Assembly (NCBI RefSeq): GCF_964213995.1
Contig: NC_135817.1
Coordinates: 50,282,001-50,346,000, forward strand
DNA length: 64,000 bases
Reading direction: 5' to 3'
Source: Mustelus asterias
Lineage: Eukaryota
Part shown: in pieces, positions 11,416-24,905 of the stretch
How the letters are laid out: every line of letters begins with the position of its first letter
Numbering within the stretch: position 1 is the first letter of the stretch
Position numbers and translations under genes: made by a program
Notes under the pieces: model-generated
What the model saw: only the letters and a program-made list of their open reading frames with translations
What the model was told of the DNA's origin: nothing
Database searches by the model: none

Positions 11416-11869
11416 ATAAGTTTAAATGTTAAACTCAATTAACCTTCCTTTCATTGGTCATAGCCTCCATTGACTGAAATGTACCTCCTCATTTTTAATT
11501 TGGAGAAGATCAGCTATGGTAGACTTTCATCCTGACTGCCTGCATCCTGATGGCATCTTATCGCTCCCTTTCTTTTTGCATATCATCTGTTCTCGATCTT
11601 ACCTTTGTATTCTACATCTTTGTGAAGTGGTTTTATTTTGCATGGAGCTACAACTATTGCATCAATTCAGAATTAGGACCGGCATTGGAACAATTCAAAG
11701 TGAGGTTATTTGGAGTGTGTATGTATATTTATTTATATATATATATATATATACCCTAAACAACACCCATGCATGCCCTTACCAACTTCCAGAAAATGAT
11801 CTTTTAATATCATCTCCCAAGTTACTTCAAAAGGTTCCTCATTGTCTCCCCAGTTTTGTAACACCATTC

Positions 11870-12132
11870 ATATCTAGAGGGCTTAGGTTTAAGGTGAGAG
11901 GGGAAAGATTTAAAAGGGACCTGAGGGGCAATTTCATCACGCAGAGCGTGGTGCGTATATGGAATGAGCTGCCAGAGAAAGTGATTGAGGCAGGTAAAAG
12001 CATTTCGATAAGTACATGGATGGGAACGGATTAGAGGGATATGGTGCAAACGTGGGCAATTGGGACTAGCTGGGAGGGCACCATGGTGGGCGTGGCCTGA
12101 AGGGCGTTTTCATGCTGTATTGCTCTATGACT
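11870..12132 (+). mobile_element. CR1 3' fragment
   Basis: RGLRFKVRGERFKRDLRGNF...WNELP plus CR1 tail. Confidence 0.8.
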
Positions 12133-15100
12133 ATCTCTGTTGCCAGCTACTTATAACTGTGAGCCTGAGTTTTTTGTAGTATTTTCAGTTTATGCACACA
12201 CACTTATGGTGCAAGATTAAGAACACTTTAGGATTGTGTGCTTCACAATGTTATAGTTCACATGTAATTTGATATTAATCTGAAGGAATGCACTTGAGTT
12301 TTCCAACAGTGATGGTAGCGTGTTCCTGCCCAAATTCTAAATGTCCATTCAAATTGACCAGCTGACTATAAAGGGGTCTTCAAAGCTGTCTGCCATTCTC
12401 TTTAAATTTTTGGAATGAGTTTAAGTTTAATTGTTATTTTGTGCTGTTCGTGATTTCCTTCCTCCTCGTGCCTGAACTAAACTTCCTATTTCCTGGCTTG
12501 CACTACATTCCTCATTTTTGATCTTGCTTAAGCACTTCTGAGAAGATTTACATTGGCTGTTCCCTAATCACTGCTGTCAGACTAGCAAATTATACCGTAC
12601 ATCCATGTCTTTCTGGGCTCTTGCAGTCTAGGTAATTGCTATTTACTATTAATGATTTATTTTAAACAGCCTGTTTGATTTGTGATTGCTGTTCATCACA
12701 CTTCCCACCAACTCTTTGGTCAGGGCACTTTTAATTTATAATTCCAGTTTTGCCTTTTTTAAACTTAGTACTTTTAGTTTGTGCTCACAGCACAGCAGCT
12801 TAAATCAACAGAATTGTGTCGCCAAACTTTCTCCCTTTTATTTGTCAGGAACGAGGAATACCTGACATGATGATACAGCTAACCTGTAATTCTAGTGAAT
12901 CACACTAGAAGTCAGAAAAATGGTCCTTATGGTTCACCCATTTAAATTACAAATTTATATGTAAACTTTCATAATTTTGAAACTTGCAGTTGAAATCATG
13001 AGCACGATCTTACCAGCTCACCGTGCCGGTCAACCACCCACTGTCAGAAAAACAATGACTGGAATGGAACACTCCCGTTTTCAGACTTTTATGACACTTA
13101 GAATTTTTTGGGAAGATTCTCCCTCATATCTTTGAAGGATGAACAAGGACTGCCATTTGAATATCAATTAACACAAGTCTGTCAAGGGATGACCAAATTG
13201 TTTCTGGAACCAAGCTGCTGCTTGGCTGCTTTACATATAAACAACTTGATCAGTGGTGTTTGTTTTTGAATTTAGGAAGGCAAGATAGCTTCCACTTTAT
13301 TTTGAAATGTAAAAAAATTAAATATATTTTGCATTTGCAAGATGCAAAGTTTTATGTCACATGATTTTTTTGCTGAAAGTTTTTTTTATGTTGATAATGT
13401 ATATGTTATGAGCATATATGCACAACTTAAAGTTAGATTTTGCCATCTAACATATAAGAAAATAACAGCACTCTGAGAAGACAGCACTACAGTGCTGCAT
13501 CTCTGGCAAACATTGGATTTTGTACTCTGGGGAAACCATAAACCATAGGCTTCAAAATTGCTTATTTGTAACCAGAGGATTTGTGCTTTTAATAAGAGTT
13601 CGTGTAGAGATTACATGTCAGGATTAATCCTTTAGTCAGTATAACTCGGTATATGACTAGATAATTACCATTATACCTCGGTCAACAGGCTTTGTGTGTT
13701 TTGTTTTCGGGAAAGCTATGTAGCATTAACAAGATTTGTTGAAACACAGGCAATAAATTGGTAAAGAGCTCTAGGCCACAGTGTCCTGTTGAATTATTTC
13801 ATTAGAGAATTCTTTTTCCTTCATCAGTTGGGATATCTAGATCGCCTTTGACTGTTCTGACAGCTTCAGACCTCAAGTCTTTGAAATGAGATCAAACTTT
13901 GGACTGAGAAGCCCAGTGTGATTGTAATAAATTACCTTATGAGGACTTTCACAACACTGTTATACAATAATGTGACAAAGAAGATCAAAATTTAAGTTCT
14001 TTTAAACAAACAAGAAAGAGCTTTATTTAATTATTCAACATCCTCATATTAACAGGAAACAGTAAAAATATATTTTTCAATGGAGTGTTCACAAAAACTG
14101 CAGTGCTACACACTTGTGTAACATTCATCTCTTGATGTCCTCCAGTGACCTTACAAACTTACAAGTGATCACATCTTATAAAAGCCCTCTATACAAATAG
14201 AATGCCCTTTGGAACCCAACATAACTTGTATAATCAATCTTTCCTTCATATAATCTGACCATGTTAGAAAAGGATACCATGACACACCTTACTCCAGTGA
14301 TCGTGACCTCTAGTATTTACCTATTTTGTAGTTATTAGTTAGGAATCATTGTGCTTCACCTTTTAGAAGCTGAAATAAAGAAAACTGCTTGAAAAGAGCA
14401 GCATCACTATCTCTTTAAATACCTCAAAATTCAAAAGTCAGCTGATACATGTCACCCTCGTCATAGAAACATTTGTGATATTTAGGACTCCATGCAAAAA
14501 ATATGAAATGAATGCATTAACCATGTCCCATTGTAATCATCTGAAGGGAAATACAATGGAAAGGATGACTTGGTACTTTGCTTTAAAAGGGAAATAAACA
14601 GGAGCAGTCAGGAATTCACTTTCACTGCTAGCCGATCCTGAGGATGATTGTTACACACTAGCACACCAGCCACAACAACTGTTACCATGGTTTTGCTCTT
14701 CTTTGATCTTGCCATTCCTTTGTGACACATTACTATATTTTGTCATTGTTATTGGCTACAGTCTAATCACGTTGTTTTCCTTTCAGATTTTGTTTCAACT
14801 GCTTTCTAATGAATTATCTGAATTGCACCAAAGTTCATTTTTTAAACCACATATGGGTGTCCACCAAAACTAAAGTGTAATTGAAGCAACACAAAGAGAA
14901 TATTTCTTTGATGTACACAGTGTTAGCTCAGAGAATATATGATAGAACTATCAATGGTAAAACCATTATATTGTCCTTTACTGCAACATTCACATCAGGT
15001 CAATTTTAAACTTCACTACTAAAATGTTTCCAGTCTTGGAAATATTCATATTTGTGTCCTTTTGGTCACAGTAGTTGCATTTCCACACTGTGTCAAACAG

Positions 15101-15565
15101 GGCTCTTGCTGATACAGATTGGAGCAGTGAAACGTTTTGGGAGGAATAAAGATTGATACAAGTGCAAAATTATCTGAATCCAGAGCTACTTTACCTTATT
15201 TTTTGGTACTTTATTGCAGTAACTTCACCAGCACATGCTTGGTTATTGTATTAGCTTAACCACAAAGTAATTCATTTCTGCTTAAGATTTTTTATGTTAT
15301 AGTAATGTCTATGGTTTATTATTCATGAGGTTAATGCACGCAATACATAGGTTGGAATACAGTTGGATGGATTGAAAAGCCATATAGCATTTTAGCATCC
15401 AGACTTCTAAGACCACGTTCTTCAAGTTCATTTTTAGCTACTCCGAGTTGTATAACTAACAATTAAATGCTAATATGATTTGCTTCTTCAGTCCTTTAGG
15501 CTTTAGATAATCCTGCTGCCCAGTAAATTGAGGCGATGAAACTTTTAGCCATGGTGCTAATTAAG

Positions 15566-16672
15566 GAATAGAATCCCTACAGTGCAGAAGGAGGCCGTTG
15601 GGCCCATCAAACCTGCACCGACAACATTCCCACCCAGGCCCTATCCCTTTAACCGATGTATTTACCCTGCTAGTTCCCCGACACAAAGGGGCAACTTAGC
15701 ATGGCTAATCAATCTAACCTCGCATCTTTGGACTGTGGGAGGAACAGTAAGAAGTCTCACAACACCAGGTTAAAGTCCAACAGGTTTATTTGGTAGCAAA
15801 TACCATAAGCTTTCGGAGCGCTGCCCCTTCGTCAGATGGAATGAAAATCTGTTCTCCAACAGTGCACAGAGACACAACATCAAGTTACAGAATACTAATT
15901 AGAATGCAAATCTCTACAGCCAGCCAGGTCTTAAAGGTACAGATAATGTGGGTGGAGGGAACATTAAATAATGACAATAATTATCAGTAACCCCCACAGC
16001 TTGCTTCCTGATCTTGCAGAATCTTACTAGCTGTTCTGTCTGGAGACAATACACATCTCTTTAACCTGTGTTTAATGTTCCCACAGTAAGAAGTTTAACA
16101 ACACTAGGTTAAAGTCCAACAGGTTTATTTGGTAGCAAAAGCCACACTAGCTTTCGGAGCTGCAAGCCCCTTCTTCAGGTGAGTGGGAATTTTGCTACCA
16201 AATAAACCTGTTGGACTTTAACCTGGTGTTGTTAAACTTCTTACTGTGTTTACCCCAGTCCAACGCCGGCATCTCCACTTTAATGTTCCCTCCACCCACA
16301 TTATCTGTACCTTTAAGACCTGGCTGGCTGTAGAGATTTGCATTCTAATTAGTATTCTGTAACTTGATGTTGTGTCTCTGTGCACTGTTGGAGAACAGAT
16401 TTTCACTCCATCTGACGAAGGGGCAGCGCTCCAAAAGCTTATGGTATTTGCTACCAAATAAACCTGTTGGACTTTAACCTGGTGTTGTGAGACTTCTTAC
16501 TGTGCTTACCCCAGTCCAACGCCGGCATCTCCACATCTGTGGGAGGAAACCAAAGCAACCAGGGAGAACCTACGCAGACACGGGGAGAATGTGCATACAG
16601 ACAGTGACCCAAGGCTGGAATTGAACCTGGGTCCCTGGCGCTGTGAGACAGCAGTTCAAACTACCGTGCCAG
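15566..16672 (-). mobile_element. HE1-like SINE split by the Penelope-like insert
   Basis: Tail half at 15566-15744, head half at 16537-16672. Confidence 0.8.
15745..16536. mobile_element. Penelope-like inverted insert with hammerhead cores, 12-bp TSD CTGTGGGAGGAA, inside a SINE
   Basis: 224-bp inverted arms at 15745-15968 and 16279-16502; CTGANGA-stem-GAAA cores; TSD at 15733-15744 and 16537-16548. Confidence 0.8.
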
Positions 16673-16744
16673 CATAACTTAAATAAGGTACAAAGACTGT
16701 TTTTCCCATTATTGATGCATATTTTCTTCTGTTTTTCAATGCAG

Positions 16745-16786
16745 GAGTCAAAGTTTAAAGAGACTGGAGTAATTACCCCAGAGGAG
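16745..16786 (+). CDS. ATG3: ATG3 coding exon 2, ESKFKETGVITPEE
   Basis: Polypyrimidine-CAG acceptor, GTGAGT donor, phase 0/0. Confidence 0.97.
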
Positions 16787-17105
16787 GTGAGTATGAGGAT
16801 TTTGTTTAAATAAGTTGTTCAGATGTTAAAGGAGAAAGTGGTCTGCCCATTCGGTTCAAGTAGATTATCCTATCTATAATAGCAATACCAATCCAAGAAC
16901 ACAGAATCTTGGGTTTCTCTGTTTCCCAGCAGAAGCTCATCAAAATTTTATTGTGCTCAAAATTCAATGCTGTGATATTAGATTAGGATATCAAGTTTAT
17001 TGCTAGGAATTGACATCAGGAAGATGGGTGCTTTTTTTCAACTGTACCTAAAATTAGTTGATGAAACCTTGGATTAAACAAATTAATCTTTTGGTATAGA
17101 TTTAA

Positions 17106-18564
17106 TTGTGAAAATACATCGGAAAGTTTGTTGTAATGAACTACTGCATATGTATAAAAATGTATTAGAAAAGCAAATTGTGCAGAAGACAGGAGGATAG
17201 CTAAAATTATTCCTATACTTAAAGAGGGAGATAGAAAAAAATCCAGGGAACTATAGACCAGTTATCTTAATGCTGGTGGTAGGAAAGATAATGGAATTTT
17301 TACTCAGAGATGTAGTAGGAAAACACATAAGCCCAGAGCGTCCAATCTCTGGGACAGTATCCTGGAGGTACAACAGGGGTTCCCCCGCCACGCACAATGG
17401 AGCAGAGGGAGCACAGGCTGGCTCTCCCCTCTGACTGAGAGCTGCTTGGCTTCAGCAGGTGAATGGTTTGGGTTGAGGACTGTCCAATGAGTGTCTTGAG
17501 GGTGGGGTCCAACTGGCGGCAGCAGACTTTTCATAGGTCATGTGGCTGCAGAGACAGCCTCATGCATGAATCCAGACCCAAGTTTCCCCCACCTGCTTCC
17601 ACAGTCTGAAGGTCTTGCTAGCACTACCTCTCCACCCTCACTGCCAAGGCGTTGCCAGTACACCTACACACTCTCTGTCCCTATTCCCTTCAACACATGT
17701 TATTAGTGGAATACTTCTATGCTGAAGCTAGCTTTGGTTAAACTCAATCTTTCTTTGATAAATTAAGTAATGGCTTGCTAAATTCCCATTTCATTGTTGC
17801 AAACCTTAATACATTCAGAAAATGAACACAAAGGAGGGGGTATTTTCCTGTCTTGCCTACCACGGGAATTGTAGCGGTGGGGAGTGGGGCGGATCACGCA
17901 AAGGACCATTGACCTCTGGCAGGATTGTACGGTTTTGGGATGAGTGCGGCCAGAAAATCTCGTCCAATAAGTTAATAGCCTCTCTTGGTTGTTAGAGCTA
18001 CACAAAAAAAAACTTATTTTCTATTTCAATAAAATGATTAAATCACCTCTGATATTTGGATTGAAGCTTGAATGTTTTGTGAAATAATGTTTTTTATTCA
18101 CTGAATATTTGTTTCAGACTCATTCTAAAAAGCAAATTTATCTTGTTCTCAAAATAGAATATGTTTGCAACAATTTTCCTACATACTAATCTAAGTTGTG
18201 AAAATACATCGGGAAAGTTTGTTGTAATGAACTACTGCATATGTATAAAAATGTGTTAGAAAAGCAAATGGTGCAGAAGACAGGAGGATAGCTAAAATTA
18301 TTCCTATACTTAAAGAGGGAGATAGAAAGAAATCCAGGGAACTATAGACCAGTTATCTTAATGCTGGTGGTAGGAAAGATAATGGAATTTTTACTCCGAG
18401 ATGTAGTAGGAAAACACATAAGCCCAGAGCATCCAATCTGTGGGATTGTATCCTGGAGGTACAACAGGGGTTCCCCCGCCACGCACAATGGAGCAGAGGG
18501 AGCACAGGCTGGCTCTCCCCTTTGACTGAGAGCTGCTTGACTTCAGCAGGTGAATGGTTTGGGT
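17106..18564 (+). repeat. ~368-bp near-identical direct repeat (17106-17473 and 18196-18564) in ATG3 intron 2
   Basis: Direct comparison shows only a handful of substitutions. Confidence 0.93.
17836..17965. mobile_element. MITE-like element, same family as ~62800-62958
   Basis: Both copies share GCAAAGG.CC.TTGACCT.TGGCAGGATT...GGCCAGAA.ATC; imperfect GG..GATTTTC termini. Confidence 0.55.
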
Positions 18565-18767
18565 ACTATCCCTCTTTAACCAATGGTTCTAGTGTTTTAA
18601 ACAATTTTAAATGACTATTTTCAATTGGACATCTTGCTCCATATTTAACCACGAAACTGCTTACAGAATGAAAAATAGGGGCATTCTTAGAATGTGGTCA
18701 TACAAAACATGATGATTCCAATTTAATATACTTTAATTTTTCATCAAAATATTTTTTATTTTTGCAG

Positions 18768-18817
18768 TTTGTGGTAGCTGGAGATCACCTGGTCCATCAC
18801 TGTCCCACATGGCAATG
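18768..18817 (+). CDS. ATG3: ATG3 coding exon 3, [16 protein letters not shown](W)
   Basis: TTTGCAG acceptor, GTAAGG donor, 50 nt, in frame. Confidence 0.97.
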
Positions 18818-18934
18818 GTAAGGGAATAATGGATTGTGAAAAGTTAGATTGATAATTGAAAACAGAAATTTAGATCCAATATAAATGGAATTTGTTTAGG
18901 CCAGAGTATTTTTACACAATATTATAAACTGTCT

Positions 18935-19855
18935 ACTGCACAGAAGTACCCAACAGATCCATACATAAGTTAGTGCTCCACATAAACCTCTTCCCACCCT
19001 TCATCTAACCCCATAAATACATTCCATTCTTCCACATGCTTATCTAACTTTTCCTTAAATGCACCTAGTCACCTCAGCTATTCAATGTGGAATAACTCCA
19101 CATTCTAAGTATCCTTGGGCAAAGAAGTTTCTCCTGAGTTCACAATTGGATTGATTGGTGACTGTCTTGTATCTATGGCCCCTAGTTCTTGTCTCCCTGC
19201 AAGTGGAAATGTCCCTCCCTTCATCTACCCCAGCAAACCTTTTGATAATTTTTAAAAGACATTTGTCATCCCTCAGTCTTCTCTTTTCGAGAGAAAAGAG
19301 CCTAGCCTGTTTAAAATATTTTTGTTTTACTTCTCAGTTCTGATTTTCTTTAGAATATCTTCTTTGCCTGAGTCTAATATCTTGACATTTTTTGTAATAT
19401 GGAGACCAGGCGTGTTTGTAGTACTCTAAGCGTGGCCTAACTATGGTTCTCGACAAGTTTAACATAGTTTTGCCTTATTACATAAAGCTTTATTGGCTTA
19501 CGTTACTATGTGCAATGATTGTAACTCTGTACCTCCAGATCTTTCTTTTATCTCACTTAGACACATATTTTGCCAAGGGGTATGTCACCTCTTTATACCA
19601 TGATGCATTACCTCACCCTTGTCAATACCAAAATTCATCTGCCAATTACATTCCAATTCTGCACGTTTATTGGTCTTCCTGTCTTTTGTTGAGGCTTTCT
19701 CTGTATTAACTGCAATTCCCAATTTGGTGTTGTCTGCTGATGTTGAAATTGTACTTTTGATTCCTGAATCCAAATTGTTTCTGTAAATACTGAACAGCAA
19801 TGATCCTGGTACTGATCCTTGTGAAACACACTTTCCACCTTTAGCCAATCTGTGT
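18935..19855 (-). mobile_element. Old CR1 RT fragment
   Basis: SQGSVPGSLLF...SADNTKL on the - strand. Confidence 0.7.
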
Positions 19856-21454
19856 AACTGGCTGGATTCTTCCAAAACAAAACAAAGTGCCCAATGGGCA
19901 GAAAAACGGGAGAATATCCCACCCATTTTTTGGGTGTACTTACCTGAACGAATCTCCGATGCTGTGCAATGCAGAGTACCCCAGAGAGATTCATGTCAGT
20001 AAGGGGTAGGGGGGGGGGGGGGCTTATCCCACTCGAGAGGCTGGCAACATAGTGCTGAGTGGGCCACTGCACATGCGCCGATCTGTCAGTGCGGAGATCG
20101 ACGCATGCACATTGATTTCCACTGATTTCTGGCATGGAGGTGATTACGCTTAAAAAAAAAAGGGCCTCGGTGACTAGCGACTGGCTGGACACCGATTGCG
20201 AATCTCACGAATGGCGAGATGTCTCCCAACAGGCTGTCTTTAACCCCCTAATCTGTTTTCTATTTTGTAATCGGTTAGCTAGTCATTCTGCAACTTGTTC
20301 CCTGACTCCACATGTTCTGACCTTTCTTGAGTTTTCTGTGCAGTACCTTTTAAAAATCCAAATATATTACATCCTTGCCTATTATCCTTATCTAATCTTC
20401 TTTAAAGTGTCAATAAAGTTGGTCAAGGATCACCTTCCATTTTGGAATCCATGCTGACTGCTCTTTTAAATTATATTTTCAGTTTCTAGATGTCTTTCTA
20501 TTACATCTTCAAGTAAAGATTCTATTATCTTTCCCTTATTTTATTTTTAAAATAATCAGAGTAGCTGTCCACCAATCCTCTGGCACTATTCCCTTTTTAA
20601 TGAATGTGTGCATGTATACACACATGCTAGTGCCTTTGCTATCCCTTTCCTCACTTGTTCAAATATATGGATACATTCCCACTGGACCAGGGCTTTGATC
20701 CTCTCAAAGTTTGATTAGTTTATCAATTATCATTCCCGCAGCTCCACCCTATTTCACCCCCACTATATTGTTAAGAGTGTCCATTTTAACCAGCCGCCTT
20801 TTGGCAGCAACTTGTTTTTGGGAGAGCCTGCTTTCTGCAGCTGCATGTGACTATGATTGTCGCTGGCCTCCTGGTCATCTCCAGGCCAGCCTAGGCGCCC
20901 AGCCCCCCCGCCCGTCCTGATCGCTATCCTCCCTCCCTCTGCCTACGATCTCAAATGCAGAGTGGCAGTGGAACCCCCATCCTCACCGATCGCCCCAGAG
21001 GCCCTGCCCGCTTGGCACTGCCCACTGCCTGTTGGGCAGTGCCAAGGTGCCCCTTGGGCAGTGTCAGGGGGCCAAGCTGGCAATGCCGAGGGGACACCCC
21101 CCCTTACCCCTGACCTCTTGGGGGGCTTCCATAGCTCCCCTTCAATCCAGTGGGGCTGGGCTGCCATCTCCCCACTAGTGGGGAGCTGTTGTAAATCCCA
21201 CTGGAGTGAAACACTCTTGGCAGGGGGGTGGGGGAGGTTAGCAGGCCCAGAGACCCCAATCCCAGGCCCATTAATAAAATGTAAATGAAGATTTAAATAA
21301 TGTATTCAGCTCAGTGCCTATTTCTGGTGCTGAGCTGACAACGCCAGAAATCCAGCAGCCAGAGACACACGGAGGCCGTGGTGCCCAGTGGGAAGCCCAC
21401 TACAGAGCCTCTGCTGATGTCGGGCTGGGAGTATTGCCCCCATCATTTTTCCTT

Positions 21455-21600
21455 TTGATGTTACCAACCTCATACAGGTTAAGTCCAGCAAAGTTATAAC
21501 AAGTACAGAAGGCAATTGACTTCCCAAAGTAACATTATTGAATTGAGTTCTCGTGATTGGAGTTCACCCATTGTAATCGTGCCAAAACCTGATGGAACAC
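21455..21600 (+). mobile_element. Gypsy LTR-retrotransposon RT N-terminal fragment
   Basis: YRLSPAK...IIELSSRDWSSPIVIVPKPDG. Confidence 0.7.
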
Positions 21601-21849
21601 ACAGGTGAAGTCACCTCCTTTATACATCATTGTTTTCCCCTAGTCACCGAGGTAGATACTTGTTTTCTTACTGCTGCACTAATTCATATCTCAAAACCAT
21701 CCCTTCAGACAGCTGTACTTATCAGTTTCTCTTTTCTACCGTTATTTTGTTTTACCGTAATTTCATTATTCAATCTTGATTTTCCTCAATTCTAACACCT
21801 TCCTCTTTTTTTCAAATGAAGCATCATAATGTGAAAGGCAATTTCATTT

Positions 21850-22935
21850 CTCAACTGTTTCTTAACAGTTTTATCTTATCTAACATTACAAAGATTTAAA
21901 GGCATGCATTAACATAAAATATCCCCAAAGTATTTACAAATAAGGTTCCCACACTCGTGACAGTGCACCAGCAATTATGTTCTCTCAGCCACATGAATGA
22001 TTTTCAAATTTAACAGTTGCAATTAAAATCTCCATCTGAATACCGGGTCTTCCGAATTCGAAACGTCTCCAGAAATATTAGGGGATTATGGTCTATGAAA
22101 CTGATTGTTTCTGCTGAATTCCTCAAAACATAATTCCCACAAATGTTGTAATGCCAATACCAAACTTTGTCACTTTTTCAATGGTAGAATACTTCTGTTG
22201 ATGGGGATTTAACTTCCTTGAGAAATGCCCCACAGGATCCTCAATTCAAAATTCATTTTCCTGTAACAGCACAGCTCCCACGCCAATGTCGCTAGCATCC
22301 ACAGCTAGTCTTTGTTAGCTGCACCAAATTATGACACTGGCACTGTTGTCAACACAGTTTTTAAATGTTGGAATGCAGTTTGGCAGTCCTCCGTCCAGTT
22401 AAATTTCTTATTCTTCTTCAAGTGTTCTGTTAGTGCTACTACACTGCTAAAGTTTGGCACAAACTTACTATAAAATCCACTCCAAAAGAGAAAATGCTGG
22501 AAAATCTCAGCAGGTCTGGCAACATCTGTAAGGAGAGAAAAGAGCTGACGTTTCGAGTGCCGATGACCCTTTGTCAAAGATCCAAAGGTCATCTGGACTC
22601 GAAACATCAGCTCCTTTCTCTCCTTACACATGCTGTCAGGCCTGCTGAGATTTTCCAACATTTCCTCCTTTGGTTTCAGATTCCAGCATCCGCGGTAATT
22701 TGTTTTTATAAAATCCACTTGTTCTCAGAAATCTTAAAATCTCTCTTCTTGTTGTAGGCTCTGGAAAATCCCAAAAAGGCCTGAATTTTCACATCTCGGG
22801 AAGCCATTTGACCATGTCCCACAATATGTCTTAAAAATGAAATTTGAGCTTTAACAAATTCACTTTTTGCCAAATTCATGACTAGATTAGTCTCTCTCAA
22901 ACTTTTAGGTGTTGCAGATGTTCTTCCCAACTTTG
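21850..22935 (-). mobile_element. Gypsy pol (RT-RNase H) fragment interrupted by a Penelope-like insert
   Basis: NLAKSEFVKAQISFL.H..G; GFYSKFVPNFS; FNWTEDCQTAFQHLK; VDASDIGVGAVLLQ. Confidence 0.8.
22482..22706. mobile_element. Penelope-like inverted insert (second family), 13-bp TSD TATAAAATCCACT
   Basis: Head-to-head copies of AAAATGCTGGAAAATCTCAGCAGGTCTGGC...; TSD at 22469-22481 and 22707-22719. Confidence 0.75.
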
Positions 22936-24467
22936 ACTAAGCATATAGAATCCCTACAGTGCAGGAGGAGGCCAGTTGGCCCATCGAACCTGCACCAACG
23001 ACAATCCCACCCAGGTCCTATCCCTGTAATCCCACGTTTTTACCCTGCTAATTCCCCTGACACTAAGTGGCAATTTTGCATGGCCAATCAAACCTAACCC
23101 ACACATCCAAAAGATGTGCGGGTTAGGTTAAATTGCTAAATTGCCCCTTAGAATCAGGGGGAGTTATGGCATTAGGGCCTGGTGGGTGGGATTTTTTTTC
23201 TTTGCAGGCTCAATATTCTGAATGGCTTCCTTCTGCACTGTAGGGATTCGATGATTCTATCTATGGTGTGTGGGCGGAAAACGGGGCATCATAAACACCC
23301 CTTCAGACAGCTGTACTCACCAGTTCCACTTTTATCCCATTTCTTTATTTTGTCTCAATTTAATTTTTTTAAATCTTGATTTTCCTCACTTCTTAATATT
23401 TTAAATGTCTATCTTTTAAAATTTCTTCTAATGTCAAAGATCCTAAGTTAATCTCCTTGGTAAATAGCAAGGCAATGTACTTATTTAATATTGCCGCCAT
23501 TTTGCTATGATTACCTGAGTTTATCATGTGTACCCTTACTGATTCTGCCCGCCCTAATTTTTTTTGTTTGTGATAGAGGAGTATAACTTTTTTTATATTG
23601 TTTATCAATTTTAATTTAGTAGTTTTTCTTTGCCTTCCAGTTGTGTCTTTGATTTCTATCCCAACCTTTCTGTATTCTCTTTTGTCAGCCTGCCATTTGT
23701 TGTCTCTGTACAATCTACATTAATAACTTATGTGAAGGGACCAAGTGGCATATATCCAAGCCTGCTGATGATACAAATCTAGGTGCAACAATAAACTGTG
23801 AGGAAAACATAAGAGTTTGTAAAGTGGGCTAAGTGAGTGAGACCGCTTTTCCCTTTCCTTCCCTATGTCATTGGTTCTGTATCTTTCCATTTGCTTCAAG
23901 ACCTTGCTTACCTTTAATTTCTCTAACATGTAGGCTTTCCCAGCTCTTGGCTGCTGCTGTATACTGTACAAAGTACTATCTTTGTCTTAATTATTGAATT
24001 TTCTGCACATACACTGGGTCAAAAACCCATTGAGCCAACATCTCATCTTTAAGTTTGTGACCCTGCTGGAATATTTAGGATGGGGAGGTTCCCTGATCTA
24101 AAACATCTAGTGGATGAATCTAAGGAATTGGCAATGACTTGTTACAATGGTGACCCCAGGTCTAACTCTGCAAGTTATTTAATTCTCGTGGGAGGTAATC
24201 AGCAGTGAGGCCATTAGCCACACTCAAGTAATTTGGGGCCAGACCAGGCCCCAACCATGATTCTCTGGACCCCATTTCTATCAACTAGAAAGCAATTTTT
24301 TTTAGAAGTAGAGCAGGAAAATGTATTTATAATTTTGATTTTTTTAAATAATGAAACCCTAAGACGATGCTAATGCAAGCTGGCATTTTAATTGACAAAT
24401 ACAAGATGATAAATATAATCTATTTATAATGAATTGATTGTAATCTGTATGCTACTGTTTGCTTCAG

Positions 24468-24538
24468 GGGTACAGGAGAGGATGTCAAAGTCAAACCATA
24501 CTTGCCCAAGGAAAAGCAGTTTCTGGTGACGAGGAATG
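24468..24538 (+). CDS. ATG3: ATG3 coding exon 4, (W)GTGEDVKVKPYLPKEKQFLVTRN(V)
   Basis: TTCAG acceptor, GTATGA donor, 71 nt, in frame. Confidence 0.96.
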
Positions 24539-24797
24539 GTATGAACTTGTTCATAATGAATCAATACTTTTTAAGATAGTCGTAATACATTATTATGACC
24601 TGGTGTCTCCTTGCTATTTAAAATAATGCTTAGCATCAGATTGTTTCACTGTTTACTTTTTCACTGATCAAATATTCTTACCTCTTTAATACTGTTAAAC
24701 ACCTACTTAATGAACTTTGGTTTAGTTTTGAGAAGTGGAAGAAACTAATAATGCCACTTGTACTGTTTCACCAAGAGTCTTTCTCCCCCTCATACAG

Positions 24798-24905
24798 TTC
24801 CTTGCTATAAGCGCTGCAAACAGATGGAGTATTCTGATGAATTTGAAGCAGTCATTGAAGAGGATGATGGCGATGGTGGATGGGTGGATACTTATCACAA
24901 TTCAG
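24798..24905 (+). CDS. ATG3: ATG3 coding exon 5, (V)[35 protein letters not shown](G)
   Basis: TACAG acceptor, GTATCA donor, 108 nt. Confidence 0.97.

Noticed and set aside
17106-18564. LTR pair of a small retrotransposon (TRIM)
   Set aside because: No TG..CA ends, PBS, PPT or TSD; the repeat is a composite of unrelated fragments.
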